Source: Paecilomyces variotii
Lineage: Eukaryota
Reading direction: 5' to 3' (one strand)
DNA: 64,000 nt
NCBI GenBank assembly: GCA_004022145.1
Contig: RCNU01000011.1
Positions 1 through 12,853 of this stretch are shown piece by piece; the stretch's first letter is position 1; each line of letters starts with the position of its first letter. Below the pieces are notes generated by a model. The model was not told the DNA's origin and made no database searches. It saw only the letters and a program-made list of their open reading frames with translations. A program made the position numbers and the translations under genes.

Positions 1-2135
1 GCCGAGCTTCCTCCAAGATATGCTCATCCATATCGCCATCGTAAGGATGGATCATTATCAAGTCGTCCATATCGTATAACTCATAAAAGTCCTCCGTGTT
101 CTCCAAATCGTCGACGATGATTTCCTCTTTCACAGTTTCTTCTGATCCCGTGGGCTGTAGCTGCTCCAACAAGCCTGATACTTGGTTAGGTTCTTCGGTA
201 TCTGCTTGCACAGTGCTGCTTGGAGGCCGTGCAAGGGTACTTGACGCAGTCCCTCCGCCTCGGACACGCCTTCTCTTGTTTGGAGGAGCTCGTGGATTCA
301 GTGGCGCACCGTTAGCAGATCTCGCAGCTGATGTGTCGTTGGGGTTAGATTTTGGGCCATATAGATTCGCATTGACGCGAGAAAAGTAGCGCTTCCAGTT
401 CAAATAGTCGCGTAATTTTCTTCGCAGCAACAGCTCCCCAGATGGTCTGGTCTCTTCCGCATCCTCGACAACAGCTTCAGGTTCTGTATCAACTTTGACA
501 TGCATCGTAGAGAGGTATTCTCGCAGTTGCGAACATGTTCTCTGGTCGCTGCACATTATGAGTACAGTTTGATTAGAGTCATCCCTGATACTTGGATTCA
601 AATATGCATCCCGCTCAATCTCCTCCAACACATCTGCGAGAACGGACCATTTAGGTTGCTCTTCGAGAACCGGCTGAAGACCAGCAGAAAATGATATAGA
701 TGAAGAAGCCAGCTCGCCACTACTCAGCTTTCCCGTATATGCTCTTGACTTTGCAGTCTGAAAAAGCACGTGGGCGGCATCGAGGAAGAGCCATGGTGAG
801 TAGTTATGCTTTGTTGATCCGGGAGGAGGGGAGTGTGCTGCCACGATGGTATCCAGGTACTTCACAAAGGATACGGCGTCATAAGTTAGCAGTGAACTAT
901 CTGCGAGTTAGCATGTGAAATGTATAGTCAGGGACACGAGTTCGGCATCATACTGTAAGATAGCCCTCAATACGGTCAGGTCACTGGCAATCTGCCTTGT
1001 CCTAAAGCTGACACGGTGCCATATCGGATCAAGTTGCCGTCTGATTGAAATATCAAAGTTCTTGTGTAAAGCACTGTCCAGCGTCCAATCTTCCACATCA
1101 AGACCCGAGTTGGCCTTCTTGAGCTCACTAATACTAATCTCGACGCATTCGAGGATAGCATTTTGGATCTCCCTCATTTTATCGGTCATTGGGACCTCCA
1201 ACTCGATCACTTCAGCCTTCTTACGTCCCTCCAGTGACTCTGCTACCGTGACATGGAATCGGGGCCACAGGGAAGGTTTGCGCAAAAACATGTTACGCAA
1301 CATATTCGACAAAGGCGCGAAGCCTGTGGTGAAAGGCTCCGGAGAGTCCGAAAATGCTTTGAGAAATCCTACTTTGTTGAACTGGCGATAGATCCGAATA
1401 ATGAAAGCTTCCAAGGCTGTTGCTTGAATCCTATAACAACGTTAGAACACTTCTTAAGCAAAGAATAGAAACAGGTATCTTACTTCTCCGCATGAAGCAC
1501 GATCATACCCGTGACCTTTTCAGGATCAAGCAGTTCTGAAATCCTGTAAGCATTTATGTCGCATACACGAATGCTTCCTTTACGTACTGGAGAGCAGGTC
1601 CACAACCAGGATCCTAGAAGTTACACTTAAGATGCCTCCCTCGGAGTACAGCTTCTCCCTTGGTCCAAGTTAGTACTAGGTCAGATAGACGACAGGTATT
1701 ACTCTGATCATATACCTCATTGGGACAGTAGCCCTATCAGTATTAATGACTTTTAACCCCCTAGCGAGGGGTGTCTTGCTGATCGCATAGTGCTCCGCCA
1801 ACGCTGCGCAATATGTCAGTTTCTCGCAGTGTTACGAAGGGTCTTATATTCGTCTACCTTCGCCAATCCATTCATTCTCTCTATCCTCCGCCCCCACAAC
1901 AAGGACCAAGTTGTTTCCAGCTGCATCATAAGAGTGCAGCAGATTCGTCACAAGCCGCAGCAGCCCAAGGCCGCGGGCCAGGATAACCAGTTCATCCTCC
2001 GCGCGGAGCTCCGTGAACAGGTCCTGCTGGTATTTCTGGCGGTTCAACGCATCAGCACCAGAATGGGACCTAAATATTGTACTGGTTTTGACTCACCAGA
2101 GGCAAAGAGAGCTTGACTGGCTGACTTGGCGGCAT
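1..2135 (-). CDS. RAD1: XPF/Rad1 (ERCC4-type) nucleotide excision repair endonuclease, multi-exon, 3' part runs off the window
   Basis: ATG at 2135 gives MPPSQPVKLSLPL, then an intron, then KYQQDLFTELRAEDELVILARGLGL. Later exons give EAFIIRIYRQFNKVGFLKAFSDSPEPF and LWPRFHVTVAESLE, typical of the XPF N-terminal helicase-like domain. Confidence 0.93.
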
Positions 2136-2476
2136 GGGAGCGTCTTATCCGTTCGAAACAAGCTCAGGCGTACAGCCATTCCAGAGCAATTGGACGTCAC
2201 GTGATTTGGCCTACGGATCCAGAACTATGACGATGGAGCATTACTTACTTAGATACCACTACGATCAGTCCTTTTCTACTGAGAGCAGGGAGTTCAACAA
2301 ACTTTCAAACTACGCGTTATTCCAGACTATATACTGCAACAATGGTGTTGCTTCATCCTCGTTAAGACTACTTAGTGACTGGATTTTCTTGAAGGCAGAT
2401 GCTCAACAAGCATCTAAGTACACCGGATAAGTACTTAGTTAATGTCCAGCAACTCTTGGCGGGCCCCCGAGTTCAT

Positions 2477-2833
2477 TTATCTAAGAATTTTTTTTAACTT
2501 CAAGGCGTCCTCTCCCTTTTCCTTCATAACCTTGATGATTTCATCCAGCTTTGTCGGAGAGGTGATTTCAGAGACGGCGAGATCAATGCAATACCAGAAG
2601 TAGAACTTTCCGCCGGCTTCAAACATGTAAGCAAGGCCGGTGCAATTAAACATGATCGGACGGCCTCTTCCAGGTTTCAATTCTGCACACAGGCATTGTC
2701 CCATACTATCCTCTGCTTGCCAGTCATCTTCGTCCTCGAGGTCCTGGGGTTTTGCGCCCCACCCGGAGGGCGGGTCATCCTAAGATCTGCATTAGCGTTT
2801 AGTACAAAGTTTTGACAGCGACAGGCTTACTAT
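2477..2833 (-). CDS. Small hypothetical protein (~100 aa); expected start codon reads ATA, so possibly a pseudogene
   Basis: ORF 2477-2704 extends in frame without stops to a splice acceptor at 2780 (DDPPSGWGAKPQDLEDEDDW...). Intron 2780-2830 has GTAAGC, GCTAAT and TAG. Confidence 0.55.
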
Positions 2834-3838
2834 GATGGTTATTATGTTGGATTTGATTATAGACTGGAACTTTGGATATGTGAAGTGAGTTGTGGTGAGT
2901 GAATAATAGGTCGGAAATGCGTTTAACGTTACATAGGGACGCGATTAGTCATCCCCGACCCTCCCAGGTTAACTATGGCCCTATGTGGACAATTCCTATG
3001 TGCTATAACTATTATTGCATTTTTGAGCAATTAACCGGCCTGGTTAATAGATCCTCATCACGCTATCTTGTACCTCAGTTCTGCCGGCGATATTTGATTT
3101 ATAATCCACCAGAATTCAACATTTTGGAAGGCCCTTTGTCCTCAGAAACGACCAACCTAGCGCTGGCATTGTTCGCGCTGTAGATTGCTGTTCAAACCAA
3201 CTGTCTGAGCACGCTAGGATAGTATGGCTAGTGACCATATAGGCGAATGAGATCGAGGATGAGGCCAAATGGAATCAATGTGGGATGAATAAGTTGATTG
3301 ATTGAAGAGAATAACTAAATGCTCCCAGGGTAGGTTGAAATACCCTATACTTAGTAGACTAGATGGCGCCGATACTCGAGTTGTCAAGGATACCAATTTA
3401 CTATTCAAAGGACAAACAAATATAGGCACTTCTGAAATTACCAAGTTGCTAACGGTAAGTCGCTACTCCATATATCGATATCAACAAATTCACCGAACAA
3501 GTCCGTATTAGTCTCGAGGTTAACCCATTACACAGGCTTGTTGGTTCCTCAAGCTGTTTATTTAGTTATTAGTTATTATTTACACAATTAATATAGCAAC
3601 GACACAACTGTCGCTACCAATATGGCATGGTAGCCGGTAGCATGATCACACAATCAATAGATTATAACTATCGTAAATGAGGATGCAGGTCGTATATTAA
3701 TTACACTCGTGAATCGCATGTCATCTATGACACCTTCGCATATCATAAAGGATTCGTTATAAATTCTCAACCAAAGTCGTTGTTTGCAGCTGAGTTATGT
3801 ACGGTCCGTTGTCGATTATGTATTAAAAGGGTCAATGG

Positions 3839-4125
3839 TTATTTGTTTAGCTCCTTCATGCGCGCCTCGATCTCCTCTCTCGGGACTTTAGGTGGCATGT
3901 CTACTCAAAAAGAAAAAGAGAAAAAAAAAGTAAGCACACGGACTAGACGGTATACGGTGAGTAGTAAAAGGACTCACGGTCTGGAACTTGGGGACCCTTA
4001 GACAAGTGGTCCATAGCGGTCGCCTTCCTTGGCTCCTTGGAAGATTCGCCAGGGCCCGGGTGTTGGGAGTTTTCCCCCTGGTTGTTTGGAACCAGGTCGT
4101 TAGGGTTTGACGGGATAACAGGCAT
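3839..4125 (-). CDS. Small conserved-type fungal hypothetical protein, two exons
   Basis: MPVIPSNPND...DHLSKGPQVPD, then a GTGAGT...TAG intron (~3901-3977), then MPPKVPREEIEARMKELNK*. A TATA-like ATATAAAAA lies upstream on the minus strand (~4226-4234). Confidence 0.75.
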
Positions 4126-5069
4126 ATTGGAAGCTAGAGACTAGGAAATGAACACGCTCTCAGAAGAGGTTTGATGCTTATTTAGCTAAGATCCGTTATG
4201 GTAGGTGCAAGACCGGATGCGAGGGCTTTTTATATCTATCGGATGTTGACCGCACGACGATGACGTCGCTCGCACCCCCGAGAAATGGATGGGATGAGGG
4301 GCAGAGTTTCGGTCCACAAACTCACCCCGCGGTTTATATATTGGTATACTTCGTGAGTAGAAGACAAAAATAAATGCCTTCTAAGGGGTTGCGGATCGGC
4401 CGTACTATTTATATTCGAGTCCTTGACAGGCCACTCCCATGTCTCATTATTAAGCAAGACTCTGGTCAAGAAGAGAACGGGAGGCTGCGGATATCACAAA
4501 GTCAAGTCACATTGCTATGGACATCGAGATAACTCATAAATTGCAATCTGCAAGATCTCTGTGTTCTAGAGTAGCTTTTCCTGGTAGTCCTTCACTGCTA
4601 CTCCGTATGTAGTGACTTTAATTAAGGATGGTACAGTAATAGGTGATAGCCAGGAGCTGGCTGCCCAAGGGTCGGCTCGTGGCTGTGGCTGATGACTGCG
4701 CATCCCCACCGCCCGCTCGCCGCAGACCATCATAGAGGGAGTTGACGAGCGCTGCTACTCTCCCTAAAACTATTACGAACGTCCAGCTCTGACTATAACC
4801 TACTCCACGCAGAACGCAGTCCTCCCCACTGAAGGCGACTCTCGACCCTCGATACACGCGCCCTCCCCTGTTCTTCGCGTTCCTGAACCTCTGGAAAGCT
4901 CCCCGCATCCCGGACCGTTGCCTCTCGCGGCCGTTGCCTGTTCCTTGGGATCGTGATCGCATTCGCATCTGCAATGCGTCCCCACAGTTGTTAACTAGTT
5001 CCCGGGTATCTATAATTCAGTTCCTCGCTCGCCCTTCTGCGAGCCTTCGTGATCTCTTAGGGGTACATC

Positions 5070-7031
5070 ATGCCGTCAATCCTCAGCGATGCGGACAAGG
5101 AAACTGTGAAGAGAACGGTTCCGAAGCCGGCCAACAAGATTCTTGCAGTGGCCGTGGCACGGCTTTACGTCGCTTACCCGGATCATCATCGATGGACGTA
5201 CACGGGTCTCCAGGGCGCTGCGGTCCTGGCAAATGACTTGGTTGGGCACACCTTCTGGATCAAGTTGGTAGACATTTCGGTATGTGGTTGTCCAAACGCT
5301 GAGCAGACGACAAGGGACAAGATAGCTGACTGTTCTACTGCAGCCTGCCGGAAGAGGTGTCATTTGGGACCAAGAGATTTACGATGGCTTTCCTTATAAC
5401 CAAGATCGCACGTTCTTCCACTCATTTGAACTCGAAGAATGTCCGGCCGGCTTATCGTTCGCCGATGAAAAGGAGGCCAAGACCTTCATGAAGAAGATGC
5501 ATGAACGGGAGAAGAATGCTAGCAAGGAAACGAAACAGACGCCGTTTGCCTCAACCCGGGGACAGGGACCTGCTCCTGTTGCCAATGGGAAGGGTCCTAG
5601 TCGGTCATTGTTCGGGACCCTGATTCATGGTCATCATGGCCATAAATCACCAACGACACCGACAGCACCGACCGCTCCGCCAGTTGCAGCCCCTGCGCCT
5701 ACTCCTAGCCCACCGCGCAAAGCCTCTCCTCTCGATACCGTAGACCCATCGTGGAAGGGTCTGCTTGATGAGCTGTTGGCAATGGGCATCACGGAAGATC
5801 AGATCGCGGAGAACTCTGACTTTATTAAGGCTTATATTGAACAGAAGCAAGGTGCAGAGGCCGCGAGCGTCACGGAGGACCAGCGGAAAGGCAGAGCTCC
5901 TCCTCCGCCACCACCATCGGCGCCTCCAACTCCTAAGGTGACTACCATCAGCCCTCAACATACCGGAAGCAGTGGCAGCCGCCGTGGTGCTCCTCCACCT
6001 CCTCCGCCCTCGCGGAGAGCACGCACAGAGGTACAGGAAGAGCCTGCTGCTACACCTCCAGAACCGTCTCCCCAGAGGCCGAAATTCCGAGCTCCTCCTC
6101 CGATTGCGGATGCAGGAAAGTTTGCTCATACTGCACCAGCTCCTCCTGCGCGCCAACGAGCTGCATCAGGATCGAACCTTGGTCCTCCGCCTCCTCCAAG
6201 ACCACCCAAAGCACCTGATGATGGCACTCCACCTAGATTCGGGGTTGCGCCCCCTTTCCAAGGAGAAAGGAAGGTATCCGCTCCACCAGCTCCCCCGAGT
6301 CGCAGCCCTGCACCAGCAGCTCCTCCTCCACCTCCGCCGCGCGCAGCAAGTCCAGCAGTACCGCCTCAACTTCCCCCCAAGGTTCCTCATGGAGGCGTCC
6401 CATCTGCCATGCCCCCTCCTCCACCGGCCAGGAGTCCGGTCTCACCACCTCCACCTCCGCCTCCTGCTTCCAGGCCTGTTCCTCCTCCTCCAGCGGCATC
6501 GAGTGCTCCGCCTCCGCCTCCACCTCCACCACCCCCAGCTCCGGCCAGTTCTGGCCCTCCTCCGCCGCCCCCGCCCCCTCCTCCTCCAGCAGCTGGACCT
6601 GCTGCACCCCCTCCACCACCTCCTCCGCCAGCCAGTTCTGGGCCCCCTCCGCCTCCGCCGCCACCACCTTCAGGCGCAGCACCAAGTGCTGCTCCGCCGC
6701 TGCCTAAGCCTACAGGCGGCAGAGATGAGCTGCTGGCTGCTATTAGAAACACTGGCGGCGCAGGAGCTGGAGGTCTGCGGAAAGTCAAAGATTCCGAGAA
6801 GAAGGATCGAAGTGGAGCTATGGTGCCAGGTGGTGCCAGCGAGAGTCCTGCAACGCCGTCTGGCGGTGGTGGCCCGTCAGGAGGACTGGCTGGTGCCTTG
6901 CAAGATGCGCTTGCAAAGAGGAAACAGAAAGTCAGCGGTAGCGGTATGTTTTTCTTTAATCCTTACGCCGACTCGAAAAGACGGCTAACAATAGTGCAGA
7001 TGACGAGAAGGAGGATGATGACGACTGGTAA
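5070..7031 (+). CDS. LAS17: WASP-family actin nucleation promoting factor (Las17/Wsp1)
   Basis: N-terminal WH1/EVH1 domain (AVARLYVAYP...WTYTGLQGA), long polyproline region, WH2 motif (GRDELLAAIR...LRKV), C helix (LAGALQDALAKRK) and a last exon DDEKEDDDDW*. Introns at ~5280-5344 and ~6944-6999. Confidence 0.95.
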
Positions 7032-7715
7032 GCAACCTGCAGAGGTCGCGCTGACCTCCCCCGGCAACAAAGACGGTGGGAGTATTTCCAAGACGGATGA
7101 TCTCAACAGAAGTTGTCACGGCAGGAACCCATTAGCTGTTGGTTGTACCTGGCTCTACGTCGTGATACAGCTGATTTACCCGGGGCTCTCTTGCAAAACA
7201 TTTCCACCAAGGCTCTTTAACTGGCACCTTACTATGCCTCTGTCAGCCAGCTACCCATGTCATCGGTCTCATTCTAAAAATGGCTGTATTGGTATGCATC
7301 GAGAGGGGGATTGCACATATGATGGTTCAAGTCTTAAGAGTCGACCACAGTGTTCCCACCGCGTGTATACCCTTTTAGAGCTATGTCGATTTTCAATAAA
7401 TTCAGTGAAAATATTCAAAGTAGACCGGTTTTGTATCTATATCCTTTCCGTGGCAGACGTAGGATATTCCACTCTTCTCTGAAATCGGTCATTACATTCC
7501 GATAAGACTATCCTAAGCCTGTTAAAACACGAATGTGCGATTGTAGATAGTATCGGGTTCACAGCGTTAGTTACACGTCGGGCGAAGTATATATTCGGAA
7601 CAAAAATAATCCGGCGTCTTTCTCCAAGCGCTGGACGCGGCGAAGGAACCTTGAATACCAGCGCTCTGACATGACTGCTCTGCTACTTTCATTCTGGGAC
7701 TGAAAGCAAGAAGAG

Positions 7716-9622
7716 ATGTTATCACCATCTCCTCTTAAGCCGGCTGCGCCGTCTGCGTCCCTGCTTCGGTTCCTTCGTTCTCAATCCGACGCGCTCTGCT
7801 TTTTTACAGCTAATCCCAACGCATGTACTCGCGCATCGAGAGAACCATGGCCTCAACACAAGGACTCCGGAAATGTCTCAATGGGGAGGATCTCAAGATG
7901 GACGAATATTGATCCCGTGCCGTGTCAAGCATCTTTGGAGGCATCTTTGCTTCCCATGCTGAATCCATTGTCGAAAACCGCGAAGACATCCCGATCTCCG
8001 CCTCACCCTGTTCAGAGGCCTACAGCTCTATCGCCTCTATCCTTCTCAGAATTCTCGCGGAAAATGTCTACGAAGAGCCGTCCCCTCCTTCGCAGGCTGC
8101 TGGATTTGAGGCGCGCAAAAGCAACTGACGGTCCGAAGCTGAACCGCTCTGGTATGCCGCAGGTCACAACTGCTCTCGACGATGGCGCTGAAGGGAACCT
8201 TTTCAACTTGGGGCGCACGCTCGCCGCCAAAGCGTCGAATGAGGTGCGTCTGCGATGCACTGAGTTTGATGGGAACGGGAATGTCACGCTGGTGAACGGT
8301 GAATTCAAGAAGAGCGAACTCATCGCGAAGGTTTGTTTTTCTAAACCTAATCTCAGATGAATAAATTGTACAGTTCTGATGCTAAAGGGATACATAACAG
8401 TATGGCCTTCTTCCGCGGGACCTGCGCAAGATTGACTCGTCCGTGCTGCCTCACATTCTCGTCCGCCCTGGTACGATCCTTATCAGTCTGCTGCATCTCC
8501 GAGTTCTCATAAAGGCCGATCGGGTTCTAGTTTTTGACGCATATGGATCAACCGATTCCTACGCGCAGTCTGTTTTTATGTACGATCTTGAGGGAAAGTT
8601 GCGACAGAAGCAAGCCCAAACGACCGGTGCACTGCCCTATGAATTCCGCGCACTCGAAGCCGTCTTGATTTCGGTGACTAGTGGTCTCGAAGGAGAATTC
8701 GAAGGTGTCAGGGAACCAGTGGTGCGCGTCTTGCGGGCTCTGGAGGAAGATATTGACCGGGACAAGCTGAGACACCTTCTGATCTACTCCAAAAAACTGG
8801 GTACATTCGAGCAAAAAGCGAGACTTGTGCGAGATGCCATCAACGACTTGTTGGATGCTGATGACGACCTGGCTGCTATGTACCTGACAGAGAGAGCCAG
8901 TGGTAGGGAGCGTGATGAGAATGATCACCAAGAGGTGGAAATGCTACTGGAGTCGTACCACAAAGTTTGTGACGAGATCGTCCAAGCCAGTGGGAACTTG
9001 GTCACTGGTATCCGTAACACGGAGGAAGTGTAAGTCCCGTACCATGTTTCTTACGGACAGACTTCTGACAATAAACAGAGTCAAAGCGATTCTGGACGCC
9101 AATCGGAACTCCCTGATGTTGCTGGATTTGAAATTCAGCATTGGCACTCTTGGCCTTGCCAGCGGAACTCTTATCTCCGCTTTGTATGGAATGAACCTGA
9201 AGAACTTCATCGAAGAGTCCGATCTGGGTTTCGGTGCGGTGTCGGTTACATGCGTGGTTTTCTCTGCCATTGTCTGCCTCTACGGCCTTGCGAAGCTGCG
9301 CAAGGTCCAGCGGGTTCGCATGTGGGGTGAGGCCGGTGTAGGAGGTACTGCTTCCATCCCACCTCTGATCGGGAACAGCGCCGCAATGGGCAACCGTGCA
9401 AATTGGCGAACCGATACGATCGAGCCCATGCTGGGTGGATTTCCAGGCGAAGGACGAGTTGAAAGGATGAAGCGTTTGAAGGAGGGCGCCGCTGCAGCTG
9501 CAGCAGCGAAGAGCGCATCTCAGCCATCATCCGATTCTCCTCTAGGCGGCTCTCAGTTCGTGAAGCAGGGTATTTCTCGCAAGGATACAGATGCTTCTGC
9601 ACAGCAGACCGCGAAAAGCTGA
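7716..9622 (+). CDS. MRS2: Mitochondrial CorA/MRS2-family Mg2+ transporter
   Basis: YGLLPRDLRKID, LPYEFRALE, LDANRNSLM and the YGMN signature next to two TM helices; presequence-like N-terminus; two introns (~8331-8400, ~9029-9078). Could be the LPE10-type paralog. Confidence 0.9.
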
Positions 9623-10213
9623 ATGCCCATCTCTCCCAGAGCTCTAACGCTCACAACCGTCCCCATTGGAAGGCATGATACCCGAAGCGGCATCCTGTCA
9701 TCTTCCTATCTATTCTTTGTATGTTCTATAAAACTCTCCATCTCTAGCGCTCTTTGGATCAGAGCAGAGAAGAGAGCCCTCACGTATGGCGTTCATAAAA
9801 GGATGTTTTGTTTTTCCTTAGCATGACATGGACTGGCTCCCCATTGATGCACTTTCCTTTTTCTTTTTCATGGCGGGTCTATCTTTTATTTCATGAAGTC
9901 TTATAAAACCTTTCAATGTCTTCCTCCATATTTTGGTCTGTTGAGGAACACTCTGATGTCGATAGATTAATCTTGTGTAGTGTGTATTATCTTTTTATCA
10001 ATTCCACTCAAATCGGTCTACGCTGTTGGATCATGATGCATTGTAGTGGGTCAATCAGACCAGTCAGAATGACTATATCCCCTTCAGTCTCACATGCCAC
10101 TACTAGTATTTATTAAGAAACCGACATGAAAGCCTTTGTCTATACTATAGTCACACTCCAGTGAATATAAACCCATAGCCAAGATCTTAATCTATAACTA
10201 TCTAACGACAATT

Positions 10214-11833
10214 CTAAAAAGCCTCTACATTCCAAGGATCGTTCGATCTCGGACCCGGAAGGGAACTCGGCCCTCGCTTCACAAAGTTCCCATACGTCTT
10301 TTCTCCAACCACTCCACCATTATCTCGATCATAAACGACCTTTCCTCGAAGAATGGTATACCGAGGCCACTGCGTCAGGGTATATCCCTCGTACGGGGTA
10401 TAATCGACATTATGATGAAGCATTTCGTTCTTTAGCTCGAAGGGCGTCATGGAAGGGTACCAGATGACCATATCAGCATCTGATACGCCGGGTAATAGGG
10501 CCCCCTTTTGCGGGTATAGACCGTATAGCCGAGCCGGGTTGGTTGATGTAACTTGGACGAAATTCTGGGGTGAGAGTTTTCCTGCATTCCACACTAATGG
10601 CATACGGGTCTCGATGCCTGGGATGCCGTTGGGGATGTATTTGAATCGACCGACGGGGTATTCTGCTGAGATGGCTGAGCGTTTGCCTGTCTCTTCGTCG
10701 TCGTAGCGGAAGGAACAGTGGTCGGAGGAGAGGATTGTGAAAGTACCGTTTCGTAAACCGTTCCAGATAGCGTCGTGGTCGGTTTTCTGTCTTGGGGGAG
10801 GAGAGCAGACGCATTTGGCACCCTCGAAGCCTGGGTGGTTGAGGTCTTCGCGTGTGAGAAATAGATATTGTGGACATGTCTCTGCGTAGACTGGTAATCC
10901 TCGCGTTTGGGCTTCTCGGATGGTTTTGGCAGCTGGTGGTGCAGAGACGTGCACGATCAGGATGGGAGCGTCGATGATTTCACTGAGTACGATGGCTCGA
11001 TTGGTGGCTTCGGACTCGATCAATTGCGGATGGGACGTGGCGTGGTACTTGGGAGCGAAGAGTTGGTTCGCTTCTAACTGGTTCGTCATCCAGGTGAGAA
11101 CATCACCGTTCTCTGCATGGACCATGGTGGTGATACCGTGGGTGCGCGCAGCCAGGAGGATGTCGAGGATCTCACTGTCCCGCAACTGCAATGCTTCATA
11201 GGTCATGTAGATCTTCAGGGATGAGATGCCTTCCTCGCGCAAGGCGGGGAATTCCGATAAGCCCTGTTGGCCATGTGTTGAGATAAGGAGGTGGAAACTG
11301 TAGTCTGCGTAGCATGCTTTTGATGCCCGTGCGTGTGTTTGCTTGAGGACATTCAGCAATGATGGTTCATGCTTTTCTTGAGGCGCAAATGCGACGATGG
11401 TGGTTGTTCCGCCTGCGATGGCTGATTTGGAGCCTGATCAACGGTTAGCTACAATAGGATATGCCATCTAGTAAAGACTGCTCTTACCTGACTCAAAAGT
11501 ATCGGCTGATGTTCCTTTTCCGCCAAAGAGAGCAGGTTCCTCCAGGTGGACATGAGCGTCGACACCGCCGGGCTAAGTATACACACCATGTCAGGATTGT
11601 ACATGTACATATGTACGGATGTAATAAGAACCAGGATTAAGTGGTTGACTACAACCTACCATCACATAACCACCCTGCGCATCGATTGTCTTTTTAGCGG
11701 TCAGTCCAGCCAGGGACCCTGTTGGAGCTAGCAAGGCAATCTTGCCGTCTTTCACGGCGATATCATAGCTCCCGACATCAGCAGCAGTAGCAACGATGCC
11801 ATTGACGACCAACAAGTCGTATATAGTATCCAT
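10214..11833 (-). CDS. Dihydropyrimidinase / D-hydantoinase (amidohydrolase superfamily)
   Basis: GGVDAHVHL metal-binding motif, GGTTTI, SLKIYMTY, HAENGD, VHVS, SSDHC and GIPGIETR; two introns near the 5' end. Confidence 0.92.
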
Positions 11834-11933
11834 GGTGAAGGAGATCTGCTAGGGGAAAACCGCCATCTGGAAAAAGATTCTCCTACAGACGGAGAAGAGT
11901 GGTCTAGATGTATTGTTCCTCCCCGCATCTTGC

Positions 11934-12003
11934 TATCAGGCTTATCTCGACAACAGCACAGCTTTATCAGGGCGTCTTATCGGCCCGCCGTTGACTAGAT
12001 ATC
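11934..12003. promoter_or_regulatory. Cluster of GATA elements (candidate AreA/NIT2 nitrogen-regulation sites)
   Basis: TATC/GATA cores at ~11934, 11943, 11965, 11978 and 11998, within 70 bp and 100-170 bp upstream of the dihydropyrimidinase ATG. Confidence 0.5.
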
Positions 12004-12853
12004 GCTGGAGACGGCCGTCTGGAATAGTTAGTCATGTCCGCCGAGGATTACTTACTTGACTGTGGCGTGAAAAATATAATAATATGGTACTGAAAGGGAC
12101 TATCAATGGAGCAATTAACTATCATTTTATAATGTAGAAACATAATATAATAAATAATCTTTCTGTTTCCCAATTACTACCTTCCCAATCGGGATGTTCC
12201 AGGGTTAGGGTTGCATTCCGAAGTAATTTATCACGTGACAGACATGCCGATTTCCGAGCGTCTCCAATGGCCTCTGGAGAACAAAAACGACTCTGATGAC
12301 CCCACCGGCATTCCAATGCGTCTTCAATAGCACTAGCGCCGCCGATTATGTGGCTCATGTAGGCTAACGAGGACGCTTTCTCTCCGCCTTGCGGTTATTC
12401 GTGTCACCTCAAGCCGGTTCCGGCATCTTCAATCCATAGTTAGTCTGAATCTCGACTGCTTTAGAGCTTTAGTAGCATCAAGGTGGCGGTGACAGGACTC
12501 CACCCTTTAGAAAAAAGAACGTTGAAATCTTCCAATGGAGCTGCATCCAGCTCGACTGACGGCTTGTACCGACTCCTCATCGGTTGTCGGGCCCTCCAGT
12601 TACCGTCGATCTCCACTGCGATGAGACGCTTTTGTGCAGAAAATGGCAAACTTCCGTCGGACTTAGAAGGATTTAGACCAAGTTTGACAGCATTAATTAG
12701 TTATTAGCTGCACGGCCTGTCCCGGAGCAGGAATTATGTATGTATAATAATAAAATAATAATGGACGGCGACAAGATACAAATACACTGCCGTGCCCCCG
12801 GTTTTGGCCTGGTAGAGAGGCAATAGAAGCTCCCTCACGAGTCATCAGCACTC

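Noticed and set aside
5647-6988. Long alternative-frame and antisense ORFs (Gly-rich, Leu/Arg-rich)
   Set aside because: Shadows of the polyproline-coding region of LAS17.
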